From contig SFEP01000002.1 of assembly GCA_004557185.1 (NCBI GenBank), positions 8,672-72,671 on the forward strand: a DNA stretch of 64,000 bases, written 5' to 3'. The position numbers and the translations under genes were made by a program. Within the stretch, counting starts at the first letter, position 1, and each line of letters opens with the position of its first letter. The stretch comes from Bacteroidales bacterium. Lineage in GTDB: Bacteria > Bacteroidota > Bacteroidia > Bacteroidales > Bacteroidaceae. The notes under the pieces were generated by a model that saw only the letters and a program-made list of their open reading frames with translations, searched no databases and was not told the DNA's origin. Below are positions 38,798-51,923 of the stretch, piece after piece.

Positions 38798-41638
38798 TTG
38801 CGAACACCCATTCTACTCACGCTGTGCACGCTCTGCGCCACGCTGGCCCTGGGGGCTGCGGGCACGGGCTGGCATCATGGTGCCCCGATGCGGGGGTACG
38901 GCGCCACCGACTCGCTGCCCGACTCGGTGACGGCTGGGGTGCTCGTTCCCGACACGGCGGCCAGCACCGACTCCGCCCCACCCCGACACTTGGCCACAGC
39001 CGACTCGCTGACCACCGACTCGCTGCCAGCCGACACCACGCGCCACGACTCGGTGAAGGTGCGCAAACCGGGCATCGACACGGTGGTAGAATATGAAGCG
39101 GCTGACTCCATTGTCTACGACGCCGCCACCGGCTTTGCCCACCTCTACGGCAAGGCCCGCGTGCAATACCTGGACATGACGCTCAACGCAGCCCACATCG
39201 TGATGAACCTCGACAGCAACATGGTGCACGCCGAGGGACGCCGCGACTCAGCCAACGCCGCACCCGTCGACCCGCCCGTCTACCACCAGGGGCAGGACGA
39301 ATACAAGAGCGAGCGCATGTCGTTCAACTTCAAAACGAAGAAGGGCTTCATCACCAACGTCTACACAGCACAGGGCAACGGCTTCATGCAGAGCGAGGAG
39401 TCGAAGCGCACCGACGACGGCACCCTCTACCTGCAGCATGCCAAATACACCACCTGCGATGCGGAGCACCCGCACTTCTACCTGAAACTCTCGCGGGCCA
39501 AGGTGAGGCCGGGCAAGGAGGCCTTCTTCGGGCCCGCCCATCTGGTGGTGGAGGACGTGCCCCTGCCGCTGGCCATTCCTTACGGTTTCTTCCCCTTCAA
39601 CAAGAAATACTCCTCGGGCTTCATCATGCCCTCGTATGGCGACGAAACGGCTCGCGGCTTCTATCTGCGCGACGGCGGCTACTACTTTGCCATCAGCGAC
39701 TACATGGACTGCAAACTGCTGGGCGAAATCTACACCAAGGGGTCGTGGGGCGTGAGTGCTGAAACCAACTACAACAAGCGCTACAAGTACAACGGCAACA
39801 TCTACTTCAGCTACCTGCGCACCGTGGAGGGTGAAAAGAACATGCCCGACTACGCCGTGACCAAGAGCATGAAAATACAGTGGACGCACACCAAAAGTTC
39901 GAAGGCCAACCCCAACACGAGTTTCTCGGCACGCGTCAACTTTGCCTCCGAAAACTATGAGCGCAAGAACCTGGAAAGCATGTACAACCCGCTTTCCTAC
40001 ACACAGAGCACCCGTGCCAGTTCGGTGAGCTTCAGCCACACCTTCCCCAACATTGGCCTCACCATTTCGGGGTCTACCAACCTGACGCAGAACATGCGCG
40101 ACTCCTCGATAGCCGTCACCCTGCCCGACCTCAGCATTTCACTCTCGCGCTTCTACCCCTTCCGCCGCAAGCACCAGGTGGGCAAGGAGCGATGGTATGA
40201 AAAGATTTCGATGTCGTACACGGGACAACTCTCAAACAGCATCACCACCAAGGAGAACCGCCTCTTCAAGTCGAACCTCATCAAGGACTGGAACAACGGT
40301 TTCCAGCACCGCATACCCATCGACGCCACCTTCCAGCTCTTCAAGTACATCAACATCTCGCCCACCTTCAACTTCCGCGACATCATGTACGCCAAGCGCG
40401 TCAACCGTTCTTGGAACCGCGAACTGCAGCAGGAGCTCCGCGACACCGTCTACGGCTTCTACAACCTGTACGACTGGAACGTGGGCGTCACGATGAACAC
40501 CACGGTCTACGCTTTCTACAAGCCGTGGAAGAAACTCTTCGGCTCGAAAATCATAGCCATACGCCACGTGCTCAAGCCCTCAGTGAGCGTGAGCTATGCG
40601 CCCGACTTCACCTCCTCGCGCTACGGTTACACCAAATATTACGACAAAATTGACGAGCAGGGGCAAGTGACCAAGGTGAAATACTCACCCTACCAAGGCG
40701 CACTCTACGGCTACCCCTCGGGCACCACGCAGGGCCTCATCAGCATGTCGCTCTCCAACAACGTGGAAATGAAGGTGCGCAGCGACCGCGACAGCACGGG
40801 CGAACGAAAAATATCGCTCATCGACGAACTCAGCGCCAACATCTCCTACAACATGGCGGCCAAAACGCAGCCTTGGAGCAACCTGAGCACTCGCATACGT
40901 CTGAAACTGACCAAGAGCTACACCTTCTCCATGGCCGCCGTCTTCGCCACCTACGCCTACAAGTTCAACGAGCAAGGACAGGTCGTCACCTCCGACCGCA
41001 CCGAGTGGAGCTACGGCCGCTTCGGCCGCTTTCAGGGCATGAGCCAGAACCTATCCTACACCTTCGACAACAAGACGTTCAGCAAAATCAAAGCCTTCTT
41101 CAAGGGCGAGCGCAAACTCACCGACAGCAGCACCGACGACACCGACGACACCGACGACACCTCGCTCGAAGAGGCCAACGTCGACCCCGACCTGCTCAAC
41201 GCCCGACAAGGGGGCAAGAAAACCAAAAAGGAAAAGGCACAGACCGATGCCGACGGCTACATGCAGTTCACCCTGCCGTGGTCGCTCACACTGTCGTATG
41301 GCATCACCATGGCCGAGGACCGCTCACGGGCCATCAACGTACGCCGCATGCGCTACCCCTTCTCCTTCACGCAAAACCTCAACGCCTCGGGCTTCATACG
41401 CATTTCCGACGGCTGGAACATCTCCGTGGCCTCGGGCTACGACTTCGAGGCCCACAAGGTGTCGATGACCACCATGTCGCTCTCGCGCGACCTCCACTGC
41501 TTCGAAATGTCGGCCTCCGTAGTGCTCCGTCCCTACTCTTCGTTCAACTTCACCTTCAGAGCCCGCGCCTCTGAGTTGGCCGACGCCCTCAAGTGGGACA
41601 AGCGCAGTGCCTACTCCTCCAACATCGAGTGGTACTAA
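38798..41638 (+). CDS. lptD: Putative LPS-assembly protein LptD (Bacteroidota type)
   Basis: OstA-like N-terminal domain (YEAADSI...LYGKA, YTTCD...PHFY), SGFIMPSYG, GYYFAISDY, RDLHCF, large beta-barrel. Confidence 0.88.
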   Translation: MRTPILLTLCTLCATLALGAAGTGWHHGAPMRGYGATDSLPDSVTAGVLVPDTAASTDSAPPRHLATADSLTTDSLPADTTRHDSVKVRKPGIDTVVEYEAADSIVYDAATGFAHLYGKARVQYLDMTLNAAHIVMNLDSNMVHAEGRRDSANAAPVDPPVYHQGQDEYKSERMSFNFKTKKGFITNVYTAQGNGFMQSEESKRTDDGTLYLQHAKYTTCDAEHPHFYLKLSRAKVRPGKEAFFGPAHLVVEDVPLPLAIPYGFFPFNKKYSSGFIMPSYGDETARGFYLRDGGYYFAISDYMDCKLLGEIYTKGSWGVSAETNYNKRYKYNGNIYFSYLRTVEGEKNMPDYAVTKSMKIQWTHTKSSKANPNTSFSARVNFASENYERKNLESMYNPLSYTQSTRASSVSFSHTFPNIGLTISGSTNLTQNMRDSSIAVTLPDLSISLSRFYPFRRKHQVGKERWYEKISMSYTGQLSNSITTKENRLFKSNLIKDWNNGFQHRIPIDATFQLFKYINISPTFNFRDIMYAKRVNRSWNRELQQELRDTVYGFYNLYDWNVGVTMNTTVYAFYKPWKKLFGSKIIAIRHVLKPSVSVSYAPDFTSSRYGYTKYYDKIDEQGQVTKVKYSPYQGALYGYPSGTTQGLISMSLSNNVEMKVRSDRDSTGERKISLIDELSANISYNMAAKTQPWSNLSTRIRLKLTKSYTFSMAAVFATYAYKFNEQGQVVTSDRTEWSYGRFGRFQGMSQNLSYTFDNKTFSKIKAFFKGERKLTDSSTDDTDDTDDTSLEEANVDPDLLNARQGGKKTKKEKAQTDADGYMQFTLPWSLTLSYGITMAEDRSRAINVRRMRYPFSFTQNLNASGFIRISDGWNISVASGYDFEAHKVSMTTMSLSRDLHCFEMSASVVLRPYSSFNFTFRARASELADALKWDKRSAYSSNIEWY
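41131..41160 (+). repeat. 9-bp in-frame tandem repeat within lptD (TDD)x3
   Basis: CACCGACGA repeated about 3.3 times. Confidence 0.7.
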
Positions 41639-41779
41639 GCCCGCCACCCCCTATATATATAATAAGGAGTGGGCAACCCGCCTCAGCACCGACAGCCCGC
41701 TCCCCGCGGGCAGCACCCTCCACGCAAGTCTATCCATTCTTTTTATCATACCAAACGAATCACCTCAAATACCTTACAC

Positions 41780-42493
41780 ATGAAAAAGTTCTTTCTTGCA
41801 GCCGCAGCCGTTCTATGCACATGCTACGCTTGCAGCGATGGCAGCAACGAGTTTCACTCCACCTACTTCTACCCCCAAAACGCAAGGGGTATTGAAACCT
41901 ATGCCGACCAAATTCTCGACTCCGTGAAGGTCGTGAGCTACGACTCCTGGACGCACAAGAACACGGCCGACTGGGTTGAGGTAGTCACACTGGCCGACGG
42001 CAAGCGCCAGGTCAACGACATCGCCGTCACCGTGCCCGCAGGCTACTATTCCTTCACGCGCCTCGACTTCAACATGCAGCCCAACACCACGGGCGAAATC
42101 CGCTACACGCCCATTCAGGTGACAAGCAGTTTCGAGAAAATCGGCACCGTAGCCACCATACTCACGCAATACCCCTTCCTCAACATTGCGCAGCCCGCTG
42201 TCGAGCAGAATGCCGTCACCAAGGCTTTCGAGTTCAAGCTCAGCCTGGCTGCCACGCAAACCGAGAGCCGCATCGTGTTCACGCCCTACGCTGGCGATGC
42301 CACACTCACCTCGTCGGCCTCGTGGCTCGTGCCCGAAAAGACGACCGACTTTGAGCAGTATGCCAAGCAGACGGTGACCCTCCAAATCGAGAAAAACGAG
42401 ACCGAGACGCCCCGCACGGCCACGCTCACCCTCACCTCGCGCGGCATCAGCAACGTCATCACCGTGACGCAGTCCGCAGGCAAAGCCGAATAA
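41780..42493 (+). CDS. BACON-domain lipoprotein
   Basis: Lipobox CYAC; ..SWL...N....RTATLTL....ITVTQ BACON signature. Confidence 0.75.
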   Translation: MKKFFLAAAAVLCTCYACSDGSNEFHSTYFYPQNARGIETYADQILDSVKVVSYDSWTHKNTADWVEVVTLADGKRQVNDIAVTVPAGYYSFTRLDFNMQPNTTGEIRYTPIQVTSSFEKIGTVATILTQYPFLNIAQPAVEQNAVTKAFEFKLSLAATQTESRIVFTPYAGDATLTSSASWLVPEKTTDFEQYAKQTVTLQIEKNETETPRTATLTLTSRGISNVITVTQSAGKAE

Positions 42494-42620
42494 GGCTGAG
42501 CCACGCATAGAGCAAAGGCAAGCCGCGCACCATCCCCGCAAAATGTGGTGGGTGGGAGGTATTATTCAAAAATATTGTCGTACCTTCGCGGCTGACTTCG
42601 GAAAGGGCACGTCCTTTCCT

Positions 42621-42697
42621 GGCCCCGTAGCTTAGCTGAATAGAGCGTCAGATTCCGGTTCTGAAGGTCTTGGGTTTGAATCCCAACGGGGTCACCA
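42621..42697 (+). tRNA. tRNA-Arg(CCG)
   Basis: GGCCCCG/CGGGGTC acceptor stem, D-arm, TCAGA-TTCCGGT-TCTGA anticodon arm, T-arm GGTTTGAATCC, encoded CCA. Confidence 0.95.
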
Positions 42698-42702
42698 CCA
42701 CC

Positions 42703-42737
42703 AACCTGCAAGCACACCTTGCAGGTTTTCTTTTTTC
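42703..42737 (+). terminator. Intrinsic terminator after the tRNA
   Basis: AACCTGCAAG...CTTGCAGGTT followed by TTCTTTTTT. Confidence 0.75.
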
Positions 42738-42755
42738 ACTTGAAAGCCCTACGCC

Positions 42756-43544
42756 ATGAACAGCACCTCCCTACCCCTCACCTCCCCCGCCACCTCCCTG
42801 CGCGTGGCGCTGCTGCAGCTCGACACCGCCTGGATGCAGGCCGAGGCCAACATCGCCCAGGCCGAACGCCTCATGACCGAGGTGGAGGCCGCCGACCTTT
42901 ACATTCTGCCCGAAATGTGGGCCACGGGCTTCACCATGTCGCCCGACGAACTTACACGCCGCGAGAGCGACAAGGCGGCCCGCTGGATGCAACACACGGC
43001 CACTTGCCGCCAATGCGCCGTGATGGGGTCGCTGCCCGTGTGCGAGGCCGATGGCCACACTTGGCACAACCGTCTGCTGTGCTGCCTGCCCGACGGCAGC
43101 ACCACGCACTACGACAAGCGCCACCTCTTTGCCTACAGCGGCGAGCACACACATTACGCAGCCGGCCACGAAGCCGTACAAGTGCAGCTGCACGGCCTCA
43201 CGCTGCAAGTGCAGATATGCTTCGACCTGCGTTTCCCCGAAACGTCGCGCAACACGCTGGCCGCCCCTTACGACGTGCTCATCTACGTGGCCAACTGGCC
43301 CACTTCACGCATTGCGGCATGGACCGCCCTGCTGCAGGCACGGGCCATCGAAAACCAGGCGCTCACACTGGGCGTCAACCGCACGGGGACCGACCCCGCC
43401 TGCACCTATCCTGGCTGCTCCGCTGCCTTCGATGCCTACGGCCGCACCCTCTGTTCGCTCGACAACAAAGCCCAGGCTCGCCTGCTCTGCATCGACCTCA
43501 GCCGCCAGCACCACTTGCGCCAAGTCTTTCCCGTACTGCGCTAA
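42756..43544 (+). CDS. Nitrilase-family amidohydrolase (YafV/Nit2-like)
   Basis: E-K-C triad: LPEMWATGF, YDKRHLF, ICFDLRFPE; ARAIENQ. Confidence 0.9.
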   Translation: MNSTSLPLTSPATSLRVALLQLDTAWMQAEANIAQAERLMTEVEAADLYILPEMWATGFTMSPDELTRRESDKAARWMQHTATCRQCAVMGSLPVCEADGHTWHNRLLCCLPDGSTTHYDKRHLFAYSGEHTHYAAGHEAVQVQLHGLTLQVQICFDLRFPETSRNTLAAPYDVLIYVANWPTSRIAAWTALLQARAIENQALTLGVNRTGTDPACTYPGCSAAFDAYGRTLCSLDNKAQARLLCIDLSRQHHLRQVFPVLR

Positions 43545-43795
43545 CCGCACCCCCTCGGCACCCCAGCCCGTCACCACGGGCTGCATGTACTTGTCAACGC
43601 ACGCCACGCCGTTTTTTCCCTGCCTCATAAGTGGCGAAACCACGCCGGCGCCACGAAGTAGCAGCCTTGCTGCCCCGCCGCGAAACGAGCTAAGGAGCAA
43701 AAGGACAGGCTTATGCAAGAGGCGGCCGAGGAGGGCGGCGAGGCATAAGCCAAAACGTAATTCGATAACCAAGCAATTGGTCGTGTAAACAGGCC

Positions 43796-43934
43796 GCCGC
43801 GGGAACTTTCTTCCACGGCATCCATTTACGGCGGGGCGGCTGAGAGGTGAAACGGGGTGCTACGTAAAAAATATCACGTCGTACGTAAAAAAAATCACGT
43901 CGTACGTAAACTTTTTTACGTAGCATCTATTTTT
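43796..43934. repeat. Composite: inverted partial type-B element plus type-A 72-bp element
   Basis: Reverse complement of 43796-43832 matches about 19173-19212; 43856-43927 matches 19081-19152. Confidence 0.85.
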
Positions 43935-44019
43935 CTCAACCCCCGTTCCCCTCGCCACCACGACGCTGCGCCGATGACGACCGAGCGCCCCACATATTCA
44001 CTACAATGAACTACGAAAC

Positions 44020-44108
44020 CAACCTTTTCGTCAAGCCAAATGAGCAACGCCAAAGCCGAGAGGATTTGAGCGATGCCATGGCGAGAAAAGGTCGGATGAA
44101 ATCCAACC
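44020..44108. repeat. 84-bp intergenic element, copy 3
   Basis: Near-identical to 3256-3343. Confidence 0.9.
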
Positions 44109-44143
44109 TATACCTTTGTCGCAAATGCGGCCGCATTTGGTGA

Positions 44144-48187
<4,044 letters not shown>

Positions 48188-48208
48188 CAGCCCTCCCACC
48201 CTCCTCCA

Positions 48209-48258
48209 TCCCCCGCGCCACCAGCCGTCACGCCGTTGGCGCGGGGGATTGCCTTTCT
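48209..48258 (+). terminator. Hairpin terminator after the GH2 gene
   Basis: TCCCCCGCGCCA...TGGCGCGGGGGA. Confidence 0.55.
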
Positions 48259-48316
48259 CACCCCCAGCGTGGTGCTGCGCGCCATGCCTATCTCACTCCC
48301 CATCTTTCTTCACTCC

Positions 48317-48778
48317 ATGACACGCATTCTCTTTGTATGCCTTGGCAACATCTGCCGCTCGTGCACAGCTGAGGAGGTGTTCCGCACGCTGGCCTCACAG
48401 GCGGGGCGCAGCGCAGCGTTCGAGGCCGACTCCGCTGGCATCATCGACTACCACGAGGGCGAGTTGCCCGATGCACGCATGCGCCGCCATGCCCTGCAAC
48501 ACGGCTACCGCCTCACCCACCGCTCGCGCCCCGTGCGGCCTACTGACTTCGAACATTTCGACCTCATCATCGGCATGGACGAACGCAACTGCAGCAAGTT
48601 GCGCCGCATGGCGCCCCACGCAGCCGCAGCGGCAAAGGTGCAGCCCATGGCCTCCTACCTCACGCAGCACGCTGGGCACAGCGAGATACCCGACCCCTAC
48701 TATGGCGGCGACGAGGGTTTCGAACGGGTCATCGCCCTGCTCGAAGACGCCTGTGCGGGGCTGCTTGCCAAGCTCTGA
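48317..48778 (+). CDS. Low-molecular-weight protein-tyrosine phosphatase
   Basis: VCLGNICRS (CX5R), DSAG, DPYYGG. Confidence 0.95.
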   Translation: MTRILFVCLGNICRSCTAEEVFRTLASQAGRSAAFEADSAGIIDYHEGELPDARMRRHALQHGYRLTHRSRPVRPTDFEHFDLIIGMDERNCSKLRRMAPHAAAAAKVQPMASYLTQHAGHSEIPDPYYGGDEGFERVIALLEDACAGLLAKL

Positions 48779-48950
48779 ACTGCACCCCTGCGTCCCGCCA
48801 AGTGGGCCGCACAACAAGAGGGGCTGACTTTATGAAATAATTTTCTTACCTTTGCCCCCGTTTGGCAAATGGCAGCCGCCGCTTTACCCGTGCAGCCAGC
48901 CTTTGCCCTACCCTCTCATTCACATCTCTGACACATTTTACCTCATCACA

Positions 48951-49346
48951 ATGCAAGACACCATCCTCGCCATTTCCGGCAAACCCGGACTTTACCGTCT
49001 CGTCGCCCAGGGACGCGGCATGCTCATCATCGAAACCATCGACGCCTCGCACAAACGCCTCACTGCCGGCATGCGCGACCGCGTCACCTCGCTCAACGAC
49101 GTGTCGATGTACACCGAAACGGAGGACAAGCCGTTGATGGACATTTTCCAGGCCATTGCCGACAAGTACGAGGCCAAAGCCACCGACGTGGACTACAAAA
49201 CCGCCACGGCGGCCCAGTTGGCCGACTTCATGGCCGGCGTGGTGCCCGACTACGACCGCGACCGTGTGCACGACTCCGACATTCGCAAACTCATTCAGTG
49301 GTACAACCTGCTGGTGGCGGGCGGCTACACCAAGTTCACCGACTAA
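48951..49346 (+). CDS. DUF5606/DUF6852-like conserved Bacteroidota protein
   Basis: ILAISGKPGLYRL...SLNDVSMYT...PDYDRDRVHDSDIRKLIQWYN. Confidence 0.8.
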   Translation: MQDTILAISGKPGLYRLVAQGRGMLIIETIDASHKRLTAGMRDRVTSLNDVSMYTETEDKPLMDIFQAIADKYEAKATDVDYKTATAAQLADFMAGVVPDYDRDRVHDSDIRKLIQWYNLLVAGGYTKFTD

Positions 49347-49586
49347 GGCGAGCACCACGCGCCGCAGGTTCGTGGTAAAGGGACATACTTTCCATTAGGA
49401 CAGGCAGGCTGCTGGATGTTTTGAAAAGATGTTTTGTGAGTATAGGAAGAAGCATAGCAGGATATGCCACTGACGAAACATGCAAAAGGTCGCTCCCCCA
49501 AACAGCAGGTAGCCAGCATAAAGGAATAGCCCCATAGGATATTCTATAAAGCCTGATTGATACACGCCCCGAAAACATCATCAAGC

Positions 49587-49970
49587 ATGCAGGACAAGTT
49601 CTGTCATTTCCTCACTTTCGTAGGTTTGCTGGCCGTCATCGGTTTCAGCAGTTGGTCGCTGCTGCCCGAGCGCAGCCACTACACCCCTGCCCCCGAGCCC
49701 AAGCCAACTGACGAGGCGGTGCTCTGCGACACACTGCCTGAGCTACCCGCCGTGCCCGACGAGCCGCTACCCGCCACCGCCGAGCCCGACTCCATGGGCA
49801 CCGACTCCCTGTCCAACCTCATGGAAATGGCCGACACCACCGCAGCACCCCAGTCGCAGCACCCGCAGCATACTGACAGCACGCACCACCACGAGCCGCG
49901 CGCCACACACCAGTCACCCACTACCGACCACAGTGCGCCCGCCGACGAGGCCGCTGCCTCTGCGCAGTGA
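49587..49970 (+). CDS. Small membrane-anchored Pro/Thr/His-rich hypothetical protein
   Basis: N-terminal hydrophobic helix then a low-complexity tail; followed by a hairpin. Confidence 0.55.
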   Translation: MQDKFCHFLTFVGLLAVIGFSSWSLLPERSHYTPAPEPKPTDEAVLCDTLPELPAVPDEPLPATAEPDSMGTDSLSNLMEMADTTAAPQSQHPQHTDSTHHHEPRATHQSPTTDHSAPADEAAASAQ

Positions 49971-49996
49971 AACGCGCCAATCACTCACCCCACCGC

Positions 49997-50039
49997 CCGA
50001 CGGGCTGTAGGCACACACTCACTGCCTACAGCCCGTCGG
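49997..50039 (+). terminator. 17-bp stem hairpin
   Basis: CCGACGGGCTGTAGGCA-N9-TGCCTACAGCCCGTCGG. Confidence 0.55.
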
Positions 50040-50277
50040 CTCGTCATGGCGTGTGCCCCACGGCAGCCGTTCGGCCTCAGGCTGCAGGGAGCAGCAAGCA
50101 GGTCCACCAACGGTAGCCACGCGACGCAGCAAACGAAGAAGGCTTTTTCGTGCAATTTCAAAAAGACACGGTGAAGAAAAATAAAAATAATTGCTACATT
50201 TGCCCCATACTATCTAACCTGAAGCGGCACGCTACCCCGCAGGGCACGCACCGCCCGCAACCTTAAACCACAATATC

Positions 50278-51366
50278 ATGGAACAAAACCAATTGCATCA
50301 CATCGCCCAACAGTTCAAAATCAAGGGCAACGTAGTAGAAGTGAAACCGCTCGGCAACGGCCTCATCAACACCACTTACAAGGTAGTGACCGACGGTGAC
50401 AACCCCGACTATGTGCTGCAACACATCAACAACGCCATCTTCCCCGACGTGGACATGCTGATGAACAACATCGTGGCCGTCACCAACCATATCCGTAGCA
50501 AAAAGGAAACTGCCGGCGTGCCCGACATCGGTCGCCGCGTACTGGAGTTTGTGCCCTGCACCGATGGCAAGTACTACTACCTGCACGAAGATAAATACTG
50601 GCGCGTCATGGTGTTCATCCCCGACACCGTGTCGAAGAGTGGCGTAAGCCCCGAAAGCTCCTACATTGTGGGTGAAACCTTTGGCGACTTCCAAGCCATG
50701 CTGGCCGACATTCCCGACACGCTGGGCGAGAGCATCAAGGACTTCCACAACATCGAGTTCCGCTTGCAGCAGTTCCACGAGGCTGTGGCAGCCGACAAGT
50801 GCGGCCGCGCCAAGGACGTGCAGGACATCATCGACGAAATTGAAAAGCGCGCCGACGACATGTGCCGCAGCGAAAAGCTCTACCGCGAAGGCAAACTGCC
50901 CAAGCGCATCTGCCACTGCGACACCAAGGTCGACAACATCCTCTTCGACAAGGACGACAGCGTGCTCTGCGTCATCGACCTCGACACCGTGATGCCCTCG
51001 TTCGTCTTCTCCGACTACGGCGACTTCCTCCGCTCGGCCGCCAACACACAGCCCGAGGACAGCCCCGAGTACGACAAGATTGAGTTCCGCATGGACATCT
51101 TCAAAGCCTTCACCGAGGGTTATCTGAAAACGGCACGTGCCTTCCTGCAGCCCATCGAAATCGAGAACCTGCCCTACGGCGCCACGCTCTTCCCCTACAT
51201 GCAGCTCGTGCGCTTCTTCGCCGACTACCTCAACGGCGACACGTACTACAAAATCCAGTACCCCGAGCACAACCTCGTTCGTTCGCGCAACCAGCTCACA
51301 CTGCTCAAGCGCGCCGAGGCTCACATCCCCGAGATGGTAGCCTTCATCAAGGAACAGTTGGCCTAA
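50278..51366 (+). CDS. APH-family phosphotransferase, N-acetylhexosamine 1-kinase/MdsC-like
   Basis: GNGLINTTY, YVLQHIN, HCDTKVDNILF, VIDLDTVM, DYGDFLRS, RFFADYLNGD.YYK. Confidence 0.85.
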   Translation: MEQNQLHHIAQQFKIKGNVVEVKPLGNGLINTTYKVVTDGDNPDYVLQHINNAIFPDVDMLMNNIVAVTNHIRSKKETAGVPDIGRRVLEFVPCTDGKYYYLHEDKYWRVMVFIPDTVSKSGVSPESSYIVGETFGDFQAMLADIPDTLGESIKDFHNIEFRLQQFHEAVAADKCGRAKDVQDIIDEIEKRADDMCRSEKLYREGKLPKRICHCDTKVDNILFDKDDSVLCVIDLDTVMPSFVFSDYGDFLRSAANTQPEDSPEYDKIEFRMDIFKAFTEGYLKTARAFLQPIEIENLPYGATLFPYMQLVRFFADYLNGDTYYKIQYPEHNLVRSRNQLTLLKRAEAHIPEMVAFIKEQLA

Positions 51367-51462
51367 AGCCGAGCGCATCAGGTAACACGCTGCACTTCGC
51401 AGCCCCACCGCCTGCCAAGTCAAGCGTTTACCATCACTCCCCAAAGCCCAACCCCCTACACC

Positions 51463-51510
51463 ACGCCCCGTGCAGCACACACCAAGCGCAGCACGGGGCG
51501 TTTGCTATTT
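51463..51510 (+). terminator. Hairpin terminator after the kinase gene
   Basis: ACGCCCCGTGC...GCACGGGGCGT followed by a T-rich tract. Confidence 0.6.
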
Positions 51511-51580
51511 CATCCTGAGTGGGCCGTGGCGCGCCGCCGTTTCACCCAAGCCCCTTCATGTGCACCGATGGCGAGTGGGG

Positions 51581-51670
51581 CGTTGCACACGGCCACGGGC
51601 AACGTTGCACACGGCCACGGACAACGTTGCACACGGCCACGGACAACGTTGCACACGGCCGAGTGCAACC
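51581..51670. repeat. Array of four 22-bp palindromic units, copy 3
   Basis: Units at 51581, 51603, 51625 and 51647 (CGTTGCACACGGCCACGGACAA). Confidence 0.9.
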
Positions 51671-51923
51671 GTCCACACGGCTTCCCGTCATGAAAAGGAC
51701 AGCGGCCAAAACAATTGTCGGCGGGATAGATACAGAGGGCGGCGCCAGCGAGGCTACTGCGCGGCAAGCCACAGAGCCGCCATCAGCCTCCGGGCAGCGG
51801 GCGGCAGAGCCGACTCGTACGGAAAACAAGCTACATTTACCCACTAATAAGGAAAGCAGGCTCTTGCTTGCTAAGTGGGCTTTGGCTAACTTTGCAACCT
51901 GTAATTCATTCCTTTTTTATATA

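Noticed and set aside
42621..42697. tRNA-Arg as an integration site
   Set aside because: No duplicated tRNA 3' end or integrase is seen, and the flanks are backbone-like genes.
50278..51366. Aminoglycoside resistance gene
   Set aside because: APH fold, but the motifs fit the chromosomal NahK/MdsC-like sugar-kinase group, and there is no mobile context.
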